Below, piece after piece: positions 61,376-64,000 of a DNA stretch of 64,000 nucleotides. Each line of letters opens with the position of its first letter. Within the stretch, counting starts at the first letter, position 1. Below the pieces are notes generated by a model. It was not told where the DNA came from and did no database searches. It worked only from the letters and a program-made list of their open reading frames with translations. The position numbers and the translations under genes are program-made. Source of the stretch: Acidobacteriota bacterium (lineage in GTDB: Bacteria; Acidobacteriota; Thermoanaerobaculia; Multivoradales; UBA5704); contig JAXDKS010000053.1 of NCBI GenBank assembly GCA_034666985.1, positions 97,980-161,979 on the forward strand, in the 5' to 3' direction.

Positions 61376-62515
61376 TCACGCCATCACCTTCTGGAACGCC
61401 GCCAGGAACGCCTCCATCTGCGGCCGGGTACCGATCGTCACCCGCAGGAATTCCGGCAGGGCGTTGAACCGGCGGCCGACCTCCACCCCCCGTCCCTTGA
61501 GGGCCTCGATCACGGGGCCCACGTCCCGCTTCACATCGATCATCATGAAGTTGGTCTCGGAGGGGAGGAGGCGGTAGCCCTTTCCCTCCAGACTGGAGCG
61601 CAGCCAGTCCCGGGTCTCGCGGTTGAGCCGCCGGCTGCGTTCGAGATGCCCGGCGTCCTGGAGGCTCGCCCGCGCCGCCACCACCACCAGGATGTTGAGG
61701 CTGTCCCAGGCCTGCTGGTCCCGCAGCCGCGCGATCGTCTCGGGCTGGGCCACGGCGTAGCCCAGGCGCAGGCCGGCCATGCCGTGGATCTTCGAGAAGG
61801 TGCGCGCCACGATCAGGTTCGGATGGTCGTGGACGAGGGGGATGACCGTCTCGTAGTCCGGGCTGTCCGCATAGTGGAAGTACGCCTCGTCCACCAGCAC
61901 GGTTGCGCCGGCCGCCTGGGCCACGAGCTCACGGATCTGCGCCTTCGGCGTCAGGGTGGCCGTCGGGTTGTTGGGATTGCAGACGTAGATCAGCCCGGTT
62001 CCCGCCGCGGCCTTGAGCAACCCCGCCACGTCGTGCCGGTAGTCGGCGGTGAGGGGCACTCTCACGATCGGGGCGCCCCCCTTGTCCGCATAGCGCGCCA
62101 GGGCCTCGAACGTGGGGTCGGCCGTGACCGCCGGCTTGCCGGGGCCGGTGAAGGCCGCGGCGGCGATCTTGAGGATCTCGCTCGAGCCGTCTCCCGCCAG
62201 GATGTGGTCGGTGCCCACACCGTGGAGCTTCGCCAGATCCGCCGCGAGAGCGTCCACCTGCTCGTCCGGATAGCGCCAGGCGAGCCCGAACGCCTCCCGC
62301 ATGGCGTCGAAGGCGGCGGGGGAGGGACCGTAGGGGTTCTCGTTCGAGCTCAGCCGCACGACCGTATCGACATGAGTCATGTGCCCTGCGGTCTTCGCCG
62401 CTTTCCCGGCATCGGCCAGGGCCGTCAGATCCGGACGCAGGACCGCGGCCGCCGCGCCGGTGCCGAGCATCTGGACGAAACCGCGCCGGGAGAGGGACTT
62501 CGCCGTCGTCTGCAT
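61376..62515 (-). CDS. HisC-like PLP aminotransferase (class I/II) with a Tat signal
   Basis: SRRGFV, SSNENPYGP, NPNNPT, DEAY, RTFSKIHGMAGLRLGY. Confidence 0.9.
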   Translation of the reverse strand: MQTTAKSLSRRGFVQMLGTGAAAAVLRPDLTALADAGKAAKTAGHMTHVDTVVRLSSNENPYGPSPAAFDAMREAFGLAWRYPDEQVDALAADLAKLHGVGTDHILAGDGSSEILKIAAAAFTGPGKPAVTADPTFEALARYADKGGAPIVRVPLTADYRHDVAGLLKAAAGTGLIYVCNPNNPTATLTPKAQIRELVAQAAGATVLVDEAYFHYADSPDYETVIPLVHDHPNLIVARTFSKIHGMAGLRLGYAVAQPETIARLRDQQAWDSLNILVVVAARASLQDAGHLERSRRLNRETRDWLRSSLEGKGYRLLPSETNFMMIDVKRDVGPVIEALKGRGVEVGRRFNALPEFLRVTIGTRPQMEAFLAAFQKVMA

Positions 62516-62552
62516 GGCGTGCCTCCTTGAAGGGATCAGGACTGGGGACAGA

Positions 62553-64000
62553 TTATCGCATCTGAATCGATCCGTTCGCCGTCCTCTCCATCACCGGCGC
62601 GTAGGGACCCAGCTCCTTGCGCCACCACCAACGCCCCGTCCTCATCTTCTCCGCAGGCGTGGTGAACCCGTATTGCCAGAGCACGGCCCGCACCTGTGCC
62701 GGCGGCTTGCCGGCGAAGGGATCGCGGCGGAAGAGGGCCAGCACGTCCTTGCTCCCCTCGAGCAGCTTGATCTCCGCCGTCTCCACCCACGGGCTCTGGG
62801 ACAGCGGACCCAGCGAGGCGAACCACAGGTTCCAGTCGAAGCGCGGCTGGTACGGCGCGAAGACGCCGGGCGGCTCGGCCGGATCCTGGGGCTTGTAGCG
62901 GAAGGGGTACGCGGTCCAGGTCTTGCCGTCGCGGCTCCCCTGGAATTCGATCTCGTAGCGCTCCCGGGTCATGACGGCGAAGAGGCCGTACTGATTGGCG
63001 ATGCGGAACGGCTCCAGCGCCCGGGCCGGAGCCGCCAGGACGGGGCTCCGCGCCGGCAGCCAGGGTACGAGCGTGGCGTAGAAGATCCAGATCAGGACCG
63101 CCGCCGCCCCGGCCATCCGCCACCGCGGCACCGGCCGCACCGCCGGGCTCTCCGCTACCCGCAGCCGAAACCGGGCGAACACTCCATCGTCCAGGAGAAG
63201 GAAACCGAGGGCGAAGACCAGGTAATTGAGGAAGGCGTAGTTGGCCGTGGCGATGATCCCCACCTGGAGCGTCGTGCAGATTGCGAAGCACGTGAGGCGG
63301 AACGGACGGGGTAGCCACGCGAGCCACACCAGGCCGAGCTCGATGATCAGCGTCGCCAGGGCCGTGCCGGCGTGGAAGGCCTGGGGGAGCCGCTGCTGGG
63401 CGTACCAGCCGATCCACGAGGGGAGGGGGCCGTTCTCGTAATAGTGGTTCATGGCGGTCATGTCCCGCCACTGGGGGTCGCCGCTCGCCAGCTTCACCAC
63501 GCCGGACTCGAAGTAGATCCGGAACCACTCCCACCGCAGCAGGAAGAGGCTGGCCCGCGACGGCGGCTGATCCGCGCCCAATCCCGGACGCAATCCTCGC
63601 GGCGCGAAGAAGAGGCAGAGGAACGCCGCCTCCAGCAGCATCCCGTCCGACTGATAGGAGGAGAAGTCCTGGGCCGCGCCGATGAAAGAAAGGAAGAGGA
63701 CGAGGCAGATCGCGATCATCCCCCGCGGCCAGACGTTCAGGATCAGGAGGACCGACGCGATCAGCCCGCCCCACACCAGCGCCATGAGCGCCCCGTTGCC
63801 GGAGCCCATCCAGAGGACGGTCGGCGCGTACCAGAACCGTGACAGCCCCGGAAAAACCCGCGCCACCATCTCCAGGTACGCCGCGGCGGGAAGCAGGCCG
63901 TTGAGCCCGATCAACCCCTTGATCTGAAAGGCGAGGGAGTAGAAAACCGAGAAGAAGATCACCCCCAAGGCCCGCAGGAAGATCCAGCGCGGCCAGAGGG
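62553..64000 (-). CDS. Lipase maturation factor family protein (5' end outside the window)
   Basis: GLIGLNGLLPA, YQSDGMLLE, FESGVVKL, APYQPRFDWNLWFA. Confidence 0.9.
   Translation of the reverse strand, partial: LWPRWIFLRALGVIFFSVFYSLAFQIKGLIGLNGLLPAAAYLEMVARVFPGLSRFWYAPTVLWMGSGNGALMALVWGGLIASVLLILNVWPRGMIAICLVLFLSFIGAAQDFSSYQSDGMLLEAAFLCLFFAPRGLRPGLGADQPPSRASLFLLRWEWFRIYFESGVVKLASGDPQWRDMTAMNHYYENGPLPSWIGWYAQQRLPQAFHAGTALATLIIELGLVWLAWLPRPFRLTCFAICTTLQVGIIATANYAFLNYLVFALGFLLLDDGVFARFRLRVAESPAVRPVPRWRMAGAAAVLIWIFYATLVPWLPARSPVLAAPARALEPFRIANQYGLFAVMTRERYEIEFQGSRDGKTWTAYPFRYKPQDPAEPPGVFAPYQPRFDWNLWFASLGPLSQSPWVETAEIKLLEGSKDVLALFRRDPFAGKPPAQVRAVLWQYGFTTPAEKMRTGRWWWRKELGPYAPVMERTANGSIQMR

Overview
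High-GC bacterial chromosomal window. Gene content suggests Acidobacteriota, probably a Thermoanaerobaculia-like lineage (inference). It holds about 65 densely packed CDS, and I saw no rRNA, tRNA, CRISPR array, transposase or prophage. Recognisable blocks: a complete alternative complex III plus caa3-type A2 oxidase operon (actABCDEF-G-like/SCO/coxBACD, 44.7-57.6 kb, minus strand); a thiolase-lptD-nucleotide-sugar operon ending in an SDR, a prenol-kinase/DUF92 fusion and a UbiA prenyltransferase; ruvX-mltG-pseudokinase/TonB; two ECF sigma/anti-sigma pairs, one divergent from a lipoprotein TPR-CHAT protease; three XRE regulators; and several small intergenic repeat families including GTAG-type REP doublets. 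Best candidates for undescribed biology: (1) a plant-like prenyl salvage module (farnesol-dehydrogenase-like SDR, VTE5/VTE6-like double-kinase fusion, UbiA); (2) a secreted pro-peptide ending in GGHLDPLG paired with a TPR-only protein, resembling Rap/Phr; (3) the CHAT protease/anti-sigma/ECF sigma/small membrane protein locus; (4) a REP element apparently translated inside the ActE signal peptide. All family calls come from reading motifs by eye; no database searches were run.
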